Notes: generated by a model from the sequence alone, not told the origin. A stretch of DNA of 64,000 bases from Dehalococcoidia bacterium (GCA_963667465.2 CAXXDN010000002.1:1840565-1904564); one strand, 5' to 3'; shown: positions 1 through 10,437, counted from the stretch's first letter. Translations and numbers: made by a program.

Positions 1-8
1 ACCCGGAC

Positions 9-425
9 GTGCGCTACCTGCTCGACCGCGCGGAGATCGAGGATCTGACAGCGACGTTCGCGGTCGGCCTCGACCGGCGCGACTTCGAACTCGTGCGCTC
101 CCGCTTCGCCCCGGACGCCGGCGAGCACGCCGAGCGCCTGATCGCCTCGCTGCGCGAGGAGCTGGAGCCGTGGCGGCGCAGCACTCACCTGCTCGGCAAC
201 CAGCGCGTCGCGATCGACGGCGACCGGGCGAGCGTCGAGACGTACGCCTACGTGAACTACCAGCGCGCCGGCGAGCGCGAGGCGACCCACTGGAGCAACG
301 GCGCGCGGCGCTACCGCGACGACCTCGTGCGCATCGAGGGCCGCTGGCGCATCGCCCGGCGGCGCATCGAGGGGCCGTACTACCGCGACCCGGCGGAGCA
401 CTACGAGCGCTCGCCGAGGGACTGA
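9..425 (+). CDS. SnoaL/NTF2-like domain protein (possibly 5'-truncated)
   Basis: LLDRAEIEDL...GLDRRDF start and YRDDLVRIEGRWRIARR end, typical of SnoaL_4 proteins. Confidence 0.75.
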   Translation: MRYLLDRAEIEDLTATFAVGLDRRDFELVRSRFAPDAGEHAERLIASLREELEPWRRSTHLLGNQRVAIDGDRASVETYAYVNYQRAGEREATHWSNGARRYRDDLVRIEGRWRIARRRIEGPYYRDPAEHYERSPRD

Positions 426-434
426 GCCCCGACG

Positions 435-851
435 CTACTCGAGGGCGTACAGCTCGTAGGTCATGACCTCGTCGCTGAGCGTGCCTTTGCCGACGACCTG
501 GGTGGCGTTGAGCCAGTCGTAGCGCTCGTCCGGGGTTTCGATGCGGCCCGCCATCATCACCGGGCCGCCCTCGGAGCCCATCAGCATGGGGCGGAAGCGC
601 CCGAAGTAGTCGAGGTAGAGCAGCGCGCCGTCGTCGGTTTCGAGCATCGCGCGGACGTTGACCTCGGCGATCTCGCGGCCGGAACGGTAGGTGCCATTGA
701 TCCACGCGGCCTCGGCGCGCACGCGCTCGCTCTCCCAGGTCGCGCCGGGGAGGATGCTCGTGGAGCGCCCGCCGAGCGGGCCGCGCGAGAAGCGCCAGGA
801 GTCGCCGGTGCGGACGGCCAGCGTGCCGAGGTCCGTCAGTGCGAGTGACAT
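435..851 (-). CDS. DUF3237 family protein
   Basis: Likely start MSLALTDLG at 851; VRAMLETDDGALLYLDY and ETPDERYDWLN motifs. Confidence 0.75.
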   Translation of the reverse strand: MSLALTDLGTLAVRTGDSWRFSRGPLGGRSTSILPGATWESERVRAEAAWINGTYRSGREIAEVNVRAMLETDDGALLYLDYFGRFRPMLMGSEGGPVMMAGRIETPDERYDWLNATQVVGKGTLSDEVMTYELYALE

Positions 852-913
852 GCGAAGCTCCCTTCCGAAGTCCAGCCGGAGCGTACACTTGCCTCCGCGC
901 AAGGGGGCCGCTG

Positions 914-1603
914 GTGGAGAAGCTGATCTACGTCCTCGAGGGCGGGAGCGTGCCGCCCGCGGAGCGGCGGGCGCGGCTGGCCGAGACTGCGGTGCCCGCG
1001 GCGCGCGCCGCCGGCGCCTCGCAACTTGCGTTGCTGATCCCGGACCTGACGGACGAGATCCGCGAGCGGGCGCCGGCGCGCATCCAGGGGGAGTTCGAGC
1101 GGGTCGCCGCCGCATTCGAGTGCTGGCTGCCGAACCTCGACGATCGCGCATCGATCGAGGAGGCGCTACGCGCCGGGAGCGACGGCGCCGCGCTGTGGGG
1201 CTACCTCGTGACCGAGTCGACGGTGCAGGCCTGCCCACACTCACCCGGCGAGGGCGGGCGCGTCCCCGGCGTTACGCAGTTCGCGATCAACGACAAGCCG
1301 GCGGACGTCAGCCTCGAGGACTTCTATCGCGCGTGGCAGGAGGCGCACTCGCCGCGCACCTTCGCCCTGCACCCGCTGCGCGAGTCCTACATTCGCCACG
1401 CTGTCACGCGGCGGCTCACCGCCGAGGCGCCGGAGTACCTCGCGATCGTCTACGAGCGGTTCCCGAGCATGGACGTGTTCACGGACGACGCCCGCTACGC
1501 GGGCGACCACGCCGCGATTCGCGAGGTGTTCAGGAACCTGCCGCAGTTCTGGGAGCCCGCGACGGCGATCGTGGGCGCGCTCAGCGAGTACCGCTTCGCC
1601 TGA
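914..1603 (+). CDS. EthD-like domain protein
   Basis: GTG after AAGGGG; C-terminal DFYRAWQEAHSP...YIRHAVTRRLT motif of EthD family. Confidence 0.6.
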   Translation: MEKLIYVLEGGSVPPAERRARLAETAVPAARAAGASQLALLIPDLTDEIRERAPARIQGEFERVAAAFECWLPNLDDRASIEEALRAGSDGAALWGYLVTESTVQACPHSPGEGGRVPGVTQFAINDKPADVSLEDFYRAWQEAHSPRTFALHPLRESYIRHAVTRRLTAEAPEYLAIVYERFPSMDVFTDDARYAGDHAAIREVFRNLPQFWEPATAIVGALSEYRFA

Positions 1604-1612
1604 GGGAGGTGC

Positions 1613-2425
1613 GTGATGGAGATCCAGCCTAGAGACGTTGCGGTCATCACCGGCGCGGGGAGCGGCCTCGGCGAGGGGCTCGCGCAGGTCTGCCACGAGG
1701 CTGGCATGCGTGTGGTCGTCGCCGACATCGAGCTCGCCGAGGCCGAGCGTGTGGCCTCGGCGATCCGGGAGGCCGGGGGCGAGGCGATCGCCGTCGAGAC
1801 GGACGTCTCCGACGCGGCCTCGGTCGAGGCGCTGGCGGCGCGTGCCTACGAGGAGTTCGGCGAGGTGCGCCTGCTCTGCAACAACGCGGGCGTGCAGATC
1901 TTCAAGGGGCTTGTCGACACCTCGGCGCACGACTGGAGCTGGGTGCTGGGCGTGAACGTGCACGGGGTGATCCACGGCATCAGCGCGTTTGTGCCGAGGA
2001 TGCGAGCGCAGGCCGGCGCCGCGCACATCGTGAACACCGGCTCGATCAGCGGCTGCGCCCCGTACCCGCGGCCCAGGACGATGCTGGCGGGGGCGTACAT
2101 CACCTCGAAGTACGCGGTCGTGGGCATGACGGAGTCGCTTCGCGACGAGCTCGAGCCCGACGGGATCGGTGTCACGGCGCTCTGCCCGGCCGGCATCCGC
2201 TCGCGCATCTTCGATGCCGAGCGCAACCGCCCCGGGGCGCTCGGTGGACCGGCGCCGGCGCCGGTGGAGCAATGGGAGGGCATGGAGCCCAGGGAGATCG
2301 GGCGGATGGTGCTCGATGGCGTCCGCGAGGACCGTCCCTTCGTCTTCACGGAAGCCTGGCCCCGGGGCTTCATCGAGCGTCGCCACGAGCGGATGCTGGC
2401 CGCCCTCGACATGCTGGAGACGTAG
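1613..2425 (+). CDS. Short-chain dehydrogenase/reductase
   Basis: TGAGSGLG, NNAG and YITSK motifs; RBS GGAGGT. Confidence 0.9.
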   Translation: MMEIQPRDVAVITGAGSGLGEGLAQVCHEAGMRVVVADIELAEAERVASAIREAGGEAIAVETDVSDAASVEALAARAYEEFGEVRLLCNNAGVQIFKGLVDTSAHDWSWVLGVNVHGVIHGISAFVPRMRAQAGAAHIVNTGSISGCAPYPRPRTMLAGAYITSKYAVVGMTESLRDELEPDGIGVTALCPAGIRSRIFDAERNRPGALGGPAPAPVEQWEGMEPREIGRMVLDGVREDRPFVFTEAWPRGFIERRHERMLAALDMLET

Positions 2426-2433
2426 CGCCGCCG

Positions 2434-3672
2434 GTGACGCTCAGCCTCGAGCCCAGCGGTACAGGGGCGGGCGGCGTGTTCGCCTCATTCCACGCGCCCC
2501 GCTTCCGGCGGGTGTGGCTCGGCGCGGTGCTGTTCGCGCTCGGCTTCTGGATGGAGCGCCTCGCGGTCGGCTGGTTCGTGCTCGACGTGACGGGTTCGGT
2601 GCTGCTCGCCGCACTCTCCCTTGGCATCCGCGCGATTCCCAACCTCGTGCTCGGCCCCATCGGCGGGGCGGTTTCCGACCGCCTCCCGCGAGGCCGCGTG
2701 CTGACGGTGACCGCGCTCGTGCGCGCCGGCGCCGTCGCCCTGATGGCGCTCGTCGTGATCGTCGACGTGGCGACGGTCCCGCTGCTGCTCGGCCTCGTGC
2801 TCGTAACGAGCTCCACGCTGGCGTTCCATATCACCTCGCTGCAGGCGCTCCAGGCGGAGATCGCGGGAACGACCCGCCTCGGAAACGCGATCAGCCTGAC
2901 CACGTTCGGTGAGCGCGCGGTGGGCGCCGTTGGCGCGCTCGGCGGCGGCGTGCTGATCGGCTGGCTCGGGCCGGAACCGGCCTTCCTCGTCGCAGCGTTA
3001 CCGCTCGCCTGTGCCGCCGCCGTCTTCGCCGGTCTGCGTCCCCCGGCGCGGTTGCCCGTGGCGCGGGCGCACCTCTTCCGCGATGTCCTGGATGGCCTGC
3101 GCCTGCTCGCGCGAACGCCGACGGTGCGGCTGCTGCTGGGGATGATGATCGCCGTCGAGATCCTGGGCATCTCGTTCGCAAGCATGCTGCCCGCGGTCGC
3201 CGAGCGCGTCCTCGAGGTCGGCCCGGAGCGCCTTGGTGTGCTCACCGCGGGGGTGGCCGCGGGCGCGATGTGCGGCACTGCGCTGCTCGTGTTCACAATC
3301 GATCGGCTGCCGCACGGGCTGATGCTGGTCGGCGTGTTCGTGGCGTTCGGTCTGCTCGTGGTAGCGCTCGGCAACTCTACGATCTTCTGGCTCTCGGTCG
3401 CCGTGACCGTCGGGATCGGCGCTGCGGCGGCGACGGTCGATGCGCTGCAATGGATCATGCTGCAGCTCAACGTGCGCGCCGAGGAGCGCGGGCGCGTCCT
3501 CGGTGGCTGGCACTTCGCGATCGGCTGGGGCTGGATCGGTCCGCTCACGCTCGGCGCGGTGGCGGAGGCGACGAGCGTGCCGCTGGCGCTGACGCTCAAC
3601 GGGACGCTGCTCGTGGTCGTCGCGGTGGTGGCGTTCATCGCATCGAAGACGCTGCGCGAGCGGCGGCGCTGA
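2434..3672 (+). CDS. MFS transporter
   Basis: About 12 hydrophobic segments; GAVSDRLPRGR motif A; start estimated at GTG 2434. Confidence 0.85.
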   Translation: MTLSLEPSGTGAGGVFASFHAPRFRRVWLGAVLFALGFWMERLAVGWFVLDVTGSVLLAALSLGIRAIPNLVLGPIGGAVSDRLPRGRVLTVTALVRAGAVALMALVVIVDVATVPLLLGLVLVTSSTLAFHITSLQALQAEIAGTTRLGNAISLTTFGERAVGAVGALGGGVLIGWLGPEPAFLVAALPLACAAAVFAGLRPPARLPVARAHLFRDVLDGLRLLARTPTVRLLLGMMIAVEILGISFASMLPAVAERVLEVGPERLGVLTAGVAAGAMCGTALLVFTIDRLPHGLMLVGVFVAFGLLVVALGNSTIFWLSVAVTVGIGAAAATVDALQWIMLQLNVRAEERGRVLGGWHFAIGWGWIGPLTLGAVAEATSVPLALTLNGTLLVVVAVVAFIASKTLRERRR

Positions 3673-3771
3673 GGGCGAATGGCGGCGCGCTACGGGGTGG
3701 CGCTACCCTCGCGGCAGCCGATCGGCGCGGCCGGGCGGGCCTGGGCCGGGCGATCAGGGAGGACAGCGCGC

Positions 3772-4062
3772 ATGCCTCGATACGTCGTGCTCTACCGCTT
3801 CACCGACTCCGGGCGGAAGCATCTGAAGGAGACGGTGCACCGCGCCAGCGAAATCCGCGAGCTGAATGAGGCCGCGGGCTTCGACGTGCTCGCCCACTAC
3901 TGGACGCAGGGCCACTACGACCTCGTGACGGTGGTGGACGCGCCAAGCGAGGAGGCGATGATGAACGGCCTGTTCAGCATCGCCGAGTCGGGCAACGTCT
4001 CCAGCGAGACGCTGCGCGCCTTCACGGACGAGGAGATGCAGCGGATCATCGGCCCCGCGTAG
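3772..4062 (+). CDS. GYD-domain protein
   Basis: MPRYVVLYRFT...YWTQGHYDLV...ETLRAF; RBS GGAGG. Confidence 0.85.
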   Translation: MPRYVVLYRFTDSGRKHLKETVHRASEIRELNEAAGFDVLAHYWTQGHYDLVTVVDAPSEEAMMNGLFSIAESGNVSSETLRAFTDEEMQRIIGPA

Positions 4063-4063
4063 C
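4029..4063 (+). repeat. 35-bp direct repeat, copy 1 (3' end of GYD gene)
   Basis: CGAGGAGATGCAGCGGATCATCGGCCCCGCGTAGC, identical at 5768-5802. Confidence 0.9.
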
Positions 4064-4267
4064 ACGGCGGCCGGGGGCGGCGCGGGCCGGGCAGCGTGGC
4101 CATGCGGCAGTGTGGTCGGTCCTCACCGGAAATCGAAGCCCGGATCTCTTCCGCGCTTCACCGACCCGGAGTCCTCTGCACGCCCTGCCCGCAACAACAG
4201 ATCCCTGTTACCATGGGTTCTCTTTGGGAGCGTATTACCTGTACGCATTAGCGTAGGTTGCTAATCT

Positions 4268-4561
4268 GTGCGTATACTGTCCAAACGGACATTGCGAGAG
4301 TTCTGGGAGCGACACCCTGATGCCGAGCATGCGCTCCTCGCTTGGTACCGCGAGGTCGAGAAGGAGGATTGGAGTACACCTGCACAGCTGATGGACGGGT
4401 ATCCAGCCGCCAGCATCGTCGGCACCGACAGGGCAGTCTTCAGGATCAAGGGCAACAGCTACCGGCTGGTGGCGCGGATCAACTACCGGAAGCGCATCGT
4501 CTACGTGCGATTCATAGGGACGCACGCGGCATATGACCGTGTAGACGTGGAGGAGGTGTAG
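4268..4561 (+). CDS. higB: HigB-family toxin
   Basis: MRILSKRTLREFW...FRIKGNSYRLV...FIGTHAAYD. Confidence 0.9.
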   Translation: MRILSKRTLREFWERHPDAEHALLAWYREVEKEDWSTPAQLMDGYPAASIVGTDRAVFRIKGNSYRLVARINYRKRIVYVRFIGTHAAYDRVDVEEV

Positions 4562-4565
4562 GAAC

Positions 4566-5801
4566 ATGCAGGCCATCGCACCAATCCGCACCGAGGAAGA
4601 CCTCGAGCGAGCCCTCGCTCGGATCGACGAGATCTTCGACGCCGCAGCCGGCACTCCGGAGAGCGACGAGCTCGACGTGCTCGCCGATCTCGTCGAGTTG
4701 TACGAGTCCCGGGACGAGCCGTTCGGCTACCCCGATCCGATCGCTGCCATCGAGTTCCGCATGGAGCAGGCGCAGTTGAACCGCCGCGACCTGATCCCCC
4801 TCATCGGGAGTAGCGCAAGGGTCGCCGAGGTGCTCGCTGGCAAACGCACCATCACGATGGCGATGGCGCGTGCGCTGCACCAGCATCTCGGAATCCCTGC
4901 CGATGTTCTGCTCCGGGAACCGCGCAGGGATGCCGGTGTCGTCGACTTTTTGAAGTTCCCGCTGAAGGAGCTGGCGAAGCGCAATTGGATCCGGGATATC
5001 CCCGACCTGAAAGGCAGCGCCGAGGAACTGATCCGCGAGTTGATGAGGCGGGCGGAAGTGCGGGAAGCAGCACTCTCAGCCAGCTACCGCAAGAACGACC
5101 ACCAGCGAGTCAACGCAAAGACCGACGAATACGCGCTCAGGGCGTGGTGCTGGCAAGTAATGGCCGAGGCCAATGCTCGCCTACCCGAGAGCCCCTACGA
5201 GCCCGGGACGGTAACGCCGGACTTCCTCAGACAGGTGGCGCGCCTGAGCCCGCACGAGGACGGACCCAGGCGGGCCAGGGACTTCCTTGCGGAACACGGC
5301 ATCGCCCTCGAAGTCGTGAAGCACCTACCTCGTACGCATCTCGACGGTGCGGCGCTGCGTCTCGCCGACGGCCGCCCGGTGATCGGCCTCACCCTCCGCT
5401 ACGACCGGATCGACAACTTCTGGTTCACGCTCCTGCACGAGCTTGCGCATGTCGGCCTGCACTTCGACGGCGGGGAGGACATTTTGTTCGTCGACGACCT
5501 CACGCTCCGCTATGAGCAGGGTGGCGACACCCATCCGAAAGAGACGCAGGCCGACGAGCGGGCCAGCGAGGCGCTCATCCCACAAGCCGACTGGGACGGC
5601 AGCCGCGCTTGGGAGAAACCGACCGGGATGGCAGTTCTCAGCCTCGCACACAGGGCCGGGGTCCACGCAGCCGTCGTGGCAGGCCGGATTCGCCACGAGA
5701 CGGGGAACTACCGACTGCTCTCTCAGTTCGTCGGGGCCGGCCAGGTTCGGACTCAGTTCGAGTCGACCGAGGAGATGCAGCGGATCATCGGCCCCGCGTA
5801 G
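4566..5801 (+). CDS. higA: HigA-type HTH antitoxin fused to an ImmA/IrrE (M78) metallopeptidase domain
   Basis: N-terminal PDPIAAIEFRMEQ HTH region; FWFTLLHELAH HExxH motif. Confidence 0.85.
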   Translation: MQAIAPIRTEEDLERALARIDEIFDAAAGTPESDELDVLADLVELYESRDEPFGYPDPIAAIEFRMEQAQLNRRDLIPLIGSSARVAEVLAGKRTITMAMARALHQHLGIPADVLLREPRRDAGVVDFLKFPLKELAKRNWIRDIPDLKGSAEELIRELMRRAEVREAALSASYRKNDHQRVNAKTDEYALRAWCWQVMAEANARLPESPYEPGTVTPDFLRQVARLSPHEDGPRRARDFLAEHGIALEVVKHLPRTHLDGAALRLADGRPVIGLTLRYDRIDNFWFTLLHELAHVGLHFDGGEDILFVDDLTLRYEQGGDTHPKETQADERASEALIPQADWDGSRAWEKPTGMAVLSLAHRAGVHAAVVAGRIRHETGNYRLLSQFVGAGQVRTQFESTEEMQRIIGPA

Positions 5802-5802
5802 C
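5768..5802 (+). repeat. 35-bp direct repeat, copy 2 (supplies the antitoxin C-terminus and stop)
   Basis: Identical to 4029-4063; both genes end EEMQRIIGPA*. Confidence 0.9.
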
Positions 5803-5816
5803 GCGGCCGGGGCCGC

Positions 5817-6245
5817 TCAGCCAGACTGCGACGGAGCCTGGTCGCAGTTGAATTGCCAGTTGATGCCGAACTTGTCCGTGCAGGATCCGAAGTAGGCGCC
5901 CCAGAACATCTCCTCGAGGGGCATCGTCACGACGCCGCCCTCGGAGATCTTCGCGAAGAACTGGTCCGTCTCCTCCCTGGTGGCCGGCATGCAGGAGATC
6001 GAGAAGTTGTTGCCCGGCTGCGTCGGCTCGGGCGACCAGGATGGCGTGTCGCTGCCCATCAGCACACTCGACCCGATCGGGTACGAGACGTGCATGACGA
6101 GGTCACGCTCGCCCTCGGGAACCGGCATGTCGTCGGGCCCGTCGCCGAAGGTCATCAGCTCGAACTCTCCGCCGAAGACGGAGCGGTAGAACTCGAAGGC
6201 CTCCCGGCAGTCGCCGTTGAAGCGCAGGTAGGTGTAGAGCGTCAT
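5817..6245 (-). CDS. VOC/PhnB-like protein
   Basis: YLRFNGDCREAFEFY...FWGAYFGSCTDKFGINW. Confidence 0.9.
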   Translation of the reverse strand: MTLYTYLRFNGDCREAFEFYRSVFGGEFELMTFGDGPDDMPVPEGERDLVMHVSYPIGSSVLMGSDTPSWSPEPTQPGNNFSISCMPATREETDQFFAKISEGGVVTMPLEEMFWGAYFGSCTDKFGINWQFNCDQAPSQSG

Positions 6246-6454
6246 GTATGCACCCCGTTCCCGGATGGCCTGGCGGGCCGACTCGCGACCGCTGGCACAG
6301 CGATGTTACTCCGGCCGTCCCGATAGTAACCAGCACCAATCCTCAGCGCCGCGTTGGTTGGCAGACGCTGCGGCCCCCGTATAATCCGGCCCACGAGGCG
6401 TCAGGGCCGCGCTCCCGCCAGACGGGGCGCATCGCAAGCTTCGGGGAGGCGTGG

Positions 6455-7030
6455 ATGAGCGAAGCACGAGACACGAGCTGCCGCGATGAGTGCGCGCCGC
6501 ACTTCGGCCAGCGAGGGCCATCCAGGTTCTCGCGCGCGGAACTGAACGCGCCGATGATCTGGAACTTCGCGGAGTCCGTCCACGACGCCAACCCTGTCTA
6601 CTGGGACGAGACCTACGCGAAGCAGACGCGATTCGGCCGCATCATCGCCCCGCCGCACTCGATCATGACGATGTCCGGCGGCCACTGGTGGGCGCCCGAC
6701 TACATCCTCGAGCGCGAGGAGCAGGAGATCGAGGCGCAGGGCGACGACCCAACCGAGACGATTCGCGAGATCGTCGCGAAGTATGGCTACACGACCGCCA
6801 CCAACGTCACCCGCGAGGACGAGTTCCTGCAGCCGTACGGCCCGGGCGACGGCCGCATCAAGCAGACCAGCTACGTCGACGACGTCAGCGAGGAGAAGCA
6901 AACGGCCGTCGGCAAGGGCGTCTTTATCATCACGATCATCGAGTATCGGCGCGAGGTTGACGACGAGTTGATCGCCCGCGCCCGCAACGTGCTGCTGATG
7001 TACGACTCGAGCCAGCCGCGGGACAGCTAG
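6455..7030 (+). CDS. MaoC/FAS1-like hot-dog dehydratase subunit
   Basis: FAESVHDANPVYWDE...IIAPP motif; ATG after GGAGG. Confidence 0.8.
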   Translation: MSEARDTSCRDECAPHFGQRGPSRFSRAELNAPMIWNFAESVHDANPVYWDETYAKQTRFGRIIAPPHSIMTMSGGHWWAPDYILEREEQEIEAQGDDPTETIREIVAKYGYTTATNVTREDEFLQPYGPGDGRIKQTSYVDDVSEEKQTAVGKGVFIITIIEYRREVDDELIARARNVLLMYDSSQPRDS

Positions 7031-7055
7031 CCCGCCAGCGCCAGGGAGGAACACC

Positions 7056-7487
7056 ATGGCCTTCTTCGAGGACCGCGATTGGGACACCGTGTTCGAGGGC
7101 GCCAGCCTGCAGGCGCTTGAGTTCGGGCCGATCACCATGACCACCCAGGTCATGGACGCCTCGGGCACGCGCGACCTCTACCCGATCCACCACGACCGGG
7201 AGTTCGCGAAGGCGAACGGAGCGCGCGACATCTTCCTCAACACGATGTGGTACCAGGGTCTGCTCGGACGCTTCGTGAACGAGTGGGGCGGGCCGGAGTC
7301 CTTCATCCGCAAGCTCAGCTTCGACATGCGGGCGACGAACTGCCCGGGCGACCTGCTGACCGTGCGCGGCACGGTGACGAAGAAGTACGAGCAGGAGGGC
7401 CAGAAGCTGGTTGACCTGGACGTGCGGATCGACAACCAGATCCAGCCTGACACCGTGACCGCCCGGATCACACTTGAGCTCGTCTAG
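7056..7487 (+). CDS. MaoC-family acyl dehydratase
   Basis: DLYPIHHDREFA hydratase-2 motif. Confidence 0.85.
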   Translation: MAFFEDRDWDTVFEGASLQALEFGPITMTTQVMDASGTRDLYPIHHDREFAKANGARDIFLNTMWYQGLLGRFVNEWGGPESFIRKLSFDMRATNCPGDLLTVRGTVTKKYEQEGQKLVDLDVRIDNQIQPDTVTARITLELV

Positions 7488-7541
7488 CCTCGCCGGGCGT
7501 GTTGACCAGCCGCCCGCGGGCTTGAGCCGGGACCGCTCGCC

Positions 7542-9917
7542 ATGAGCATCCTCGCTGGCGTCCGCGTCGTCGCGATCCCGGGCGCGATGGGCAGCGCCGC
7601 CTGGACAGCGAAGCACCTCGCCGACTGGGGCGCGGACGTCACGCTGCTCGAGCCGCCCGAGGGCGCGGCGCTACGCGAAGCGCCACCGTGGTACGAGCTG
7701 GCCGGCGAACGCCGCAGCGCGACCTGGACGTGGGTCTCGCGCGGGGCGACCTCCGTGCGCGTCGGCGAAGGTCTGGCGACCACGCCGCCCGACGCCCGCA
7801 CCGCCTGCGAGCAGGCGGACGTGGTAGTCGTCGACGCGGACATGACCGAGCGCATGCTGGGACTCGCGCCCAACGCGCTGCGCGGCGCCCTCGAGGGCCG
7901 GACGACCGTCCTGCTGATCACGCCGTTCGCACTGGACGGTCCGTACGCGGACTACCGCGCGTCCGACCTCGGAGTGAACTCGCTCGGCGGCTGGACGGGG
8001 ATGCTCGGCGAACCGGACCGCGAGCCGCTGCGGCCGGGCGGGGACATGAACCCGCGCGTGACCGGCGTCTACGGCTTCGACTCGTTACTGGTCGCGCTGC
8101 ACCACCAGGCGCGCGGCGCGGCCCCCGCGTACATCGAGCTCTCGCAGCAGGCGGTCGCGGCCGCGAGCCTGACCGCGCCGTGGATGGTCTACAGCATGAC
8201 CGCGGGCGCGGGGGCGATGCAGCGGCGGCCCTCACAGTGGCCGCACAGCGTGCTGCCCTGCAAGGATGGCTGGGCGGCGATCTCTCCGCTCACCTTCCAG
8301 CACTGGGAGCTGCTCTGCCAACTGCTCGGGATCGACGACATCCTCGAGGAGTCGTGGGGGCGCGACCCGGCGTGGCGGCAGGAGCACGGCAACGATCTGC
8401 TGCCGCGCGTGGAGCCCTGGTTCGCGGCGCGCACGCGCGAGGAGATCTACACCGAATCGCAGGCCTGGCGCCTGCCGGCCGGCCCCGTCGACACCGTCGC
8501 ACAGCGCGAGGACTGCCCGCAGCTCAACGCGCGCGGCTTCTTCCTCGAGCAGGAAATCGACGGCGCAACGGTGAAGGCGCCGCGCGTCCCCTACCTGCTC
8601 AGCGCCGCCGACCCGAGCGAGCGCGGCGACCTGGCCGAGGCGGAGCGGCCCGCCCTCGATGGTGGTGAGAGCGCGTCCGGCGGCGAGGGGCCTGCGCTGC
8701 CTTTCGAGGGCATTCGCGTGGTCGATTTGACGTGGTTCTGGTCGGGTCCGCACTGCACGATGACGATGGGCGCGCTCGGCGCCGACGTGATCAAGGTGGA
8801 GTCGATCCAGCGGCCGGACTCCTACCGCTACACCGCCGTCGACGCCTCGGCGGAGCGCTGGTATGAGCGCGGGGCGCTCTGGAACGACACCAACCCGAAT
8901 AAGCGCAGCGTCACGCTGAACCTGGACAGCGAGACGGGGATGGCGTTCCTCGTGCAGCTGCTCGAGCAGGCAGACGTGGTCATCAGCAACTTCTCGAACC
9001 GTGTGCTGCCGAACCTCGGGCTCACGGTCGAGCGCTTCCACGAGATCAACCCGCGGCTGATCGTCGCGCTGCTGCCCGGCTACGGACCGGACGGGCCGTG
9101 GGGCCACTTCGTCGGCTACGGCGTGAGCTTCGAGCAGGCCGTGGTCGCACAGCTGACCGGCTACCCCGACGACCGCCCGCTGATCAACGGCGGCTTCTCA
9201 GACACGCTCGTCGGCATGCACGCGCTCGCGGCGATCACGCTCTCGCTGCGCGACCGGGAGCGCACCGGCCAGGGCAGCTACGCCGAGGTGCCGCAGTGCG
9301 AGGTGCTCGACAGCCTGCTCGGCCCGGAGCACATCGCCGTCGGCCACGGCGAGCCCTCGCGGATGCGGATGGCGAACCGCCACGAGTCGATGGCGCCGCA
9401 CAACGTCTACCCGGTCGCCGGGCAGGACGAGTGGATCAGCATCGCCGTGGCCAGCGACGAGGAGTTCGCCGCCCTCGCGACGGCGATCGATGCGCCGCAC
9501 ATCGCCGAGGACGCGCGGTTCGCGACGGCCGCCGGTCGCAAAGAGCACGAGGACGCCCTCGACGCCGCGATCGCGGCGGCCGTCCGCGATCGCGACCTGG
9601 TGGACCTGGAGCGTGCCCTCCAGGCGGCCGGTGTGATGGGCTGCCGCGTCTCCAAGCCTTACCTGCTCACCGAGGACGAGAACCTCGTCCACCTCGACTT
9701 CTTCCAGAAGCTGGACCGCGAGCTGACGGGCACGCACCCGTTCAAGACCTTCCCCTTCCGCTTCAGCACCTTCGACCTGCGCCACCGCATGCCGCCACCG
9801 CTGCTCGGCCAGCACAACCACGAGGTGCTGGCCGAACTCGGCGTGGACGACGACGCGATTCGCGCGCTCGAGGAGCAGCAGGAGATCGGCAGCGAGCCGC
9901 TCGGCTTCAACGCCTGA
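7542..9917 (+). CDS. Family III (CaiB/BaiF) CoA-transferase, two fused domains
   Basis: Two CaiB repeats: LADWGADVTLLEPP and LGADVIKVES...NKRSVTLNL; ends PPLLGQHN. Confidence 0.9.
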   Translation: MSILAGVRVVAIPGAMGSAAWTAKHLADWGADVTLLEPPEGAALREAPPWYELAGERRSATWTWVSRGATSVRVGEGLATTPPDARTACEQADVVVVDADMTERMLGLAPNALRGALEGRTTVLLITPFALDGPYADYRASDLGVNSLGGWTGMLGEPDREPLRPGGDMNPRVTGVYGFDSLLVALHHQARGAAPAYIELSQQAVAAASLTAPWMVYSMTAGAGAMQRRPSQWPHSVLPCKDGWAAISPLTFQHWELLCQLLGIDDILEESWGRDPAWRQEHGNDLLPRVEPWFAARTREEIYTESQAWRLPAGPVDTVAQREDCPQLNARGFFLEQEIDGATVKAPRVPYLLSAADPSERGDLAEAERPALDGGESASGGEGPALPFEGIRVVDLTWFWSGPHCTMTMGALGADVIKVESIQRPDSYRYTAVDASAERWYERGALWNDTNPNKRSVTLNLDSETGMAFLVQLLEQADVVISNFSNRVLPNLGLTVERFHEINPRLIVALLPGYGPDGPWGHFVGYGVSFEQAVVAQLTGYPDDRPLINGGFSDTLVGMHALAAITLSLRDRERTGQGSYAEVPQCEVLDSLLGPEHIAVGHGEPSRMRMANRHESMAPHNVYPVAGQDEWISIAVASDEEFAALATAIDAPHIAEDARFATAAGRKEHEDALDAAIAAAVRDRDLVDLERALQAAGVMGCRVSKPYLLTEDENLVHLDFFQKLDRELTGTHPFKTFPFRFSTFDLRHRMPPPLLGQHNHEVLAELGVDDDAIRALEEQQEIGSEPLGFNA

Positions 9918-9935
9918 GCAGCGGAGGGCCAGCCA

Positions 9936-10379
9936 ATGGTCGTCGACGAGTCCGGACCAATGCGCCCGCTGCCCCTCCCGACGGATGACTCCGCCCCCTA
10001 CTGGGAGGCGATGAACCGCCACGAGCTGCTGCTGCAGCGCTGCCTCGACTGCGACCGCGTCGTCTACCTGCCCGCCCCGATGTGCGACGAGTGCCAGTCG
10101 TTCAACCTCGAGCACTTCGTCTCCAGCGGACGCGGCCACATCTACAGCTGGACAGTGGTGCACAACATGGGACACCCGGCCTTCGTGCCGCCCTACGCGG
10201 TGCTGCTGGTGGAGGTCGAGGAGGGCCCACGCATCCTCGCGCAACTGCACGCGCCCGACGGCGACGAGTGGGAGCGCCTGGAAGTGGGCCTGCCGGTGCG
10301 CGTTGCCTGGGACGAGAGCGAGCCGGAGCAGACCTTCGCGATCTTCGAGATCGACACCGGCGCGAGCGAAGCAGCCTGA
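9936..10379 (+). CDS. Zn-ribbon/OB-fold (DUF35) protein
   Basis: CLDC...CDEC, GHIYSWTVVH, EEGPRIL. Confidence 0.9.
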   Translation: MVVDESGPMRPLPLPTDDSAPYWEAMNRHELLLQRCLDCDRVVYLPAPMCDECQSFNLEHFVSSGRGHIYSWTVVHNMGHPAFVPPYAVLLVEVEEGPRILAQLHAPDGDEWERLEVGLPVRVAWDESEPEQTFAIFEIDTGASEAA

Positions 10380-10437
10380 TCGGCGCGCCCGGCGCGCACG
10401 CCCGGGGGCGCCCGCAGACCCATTCCGGGAGGACCGC

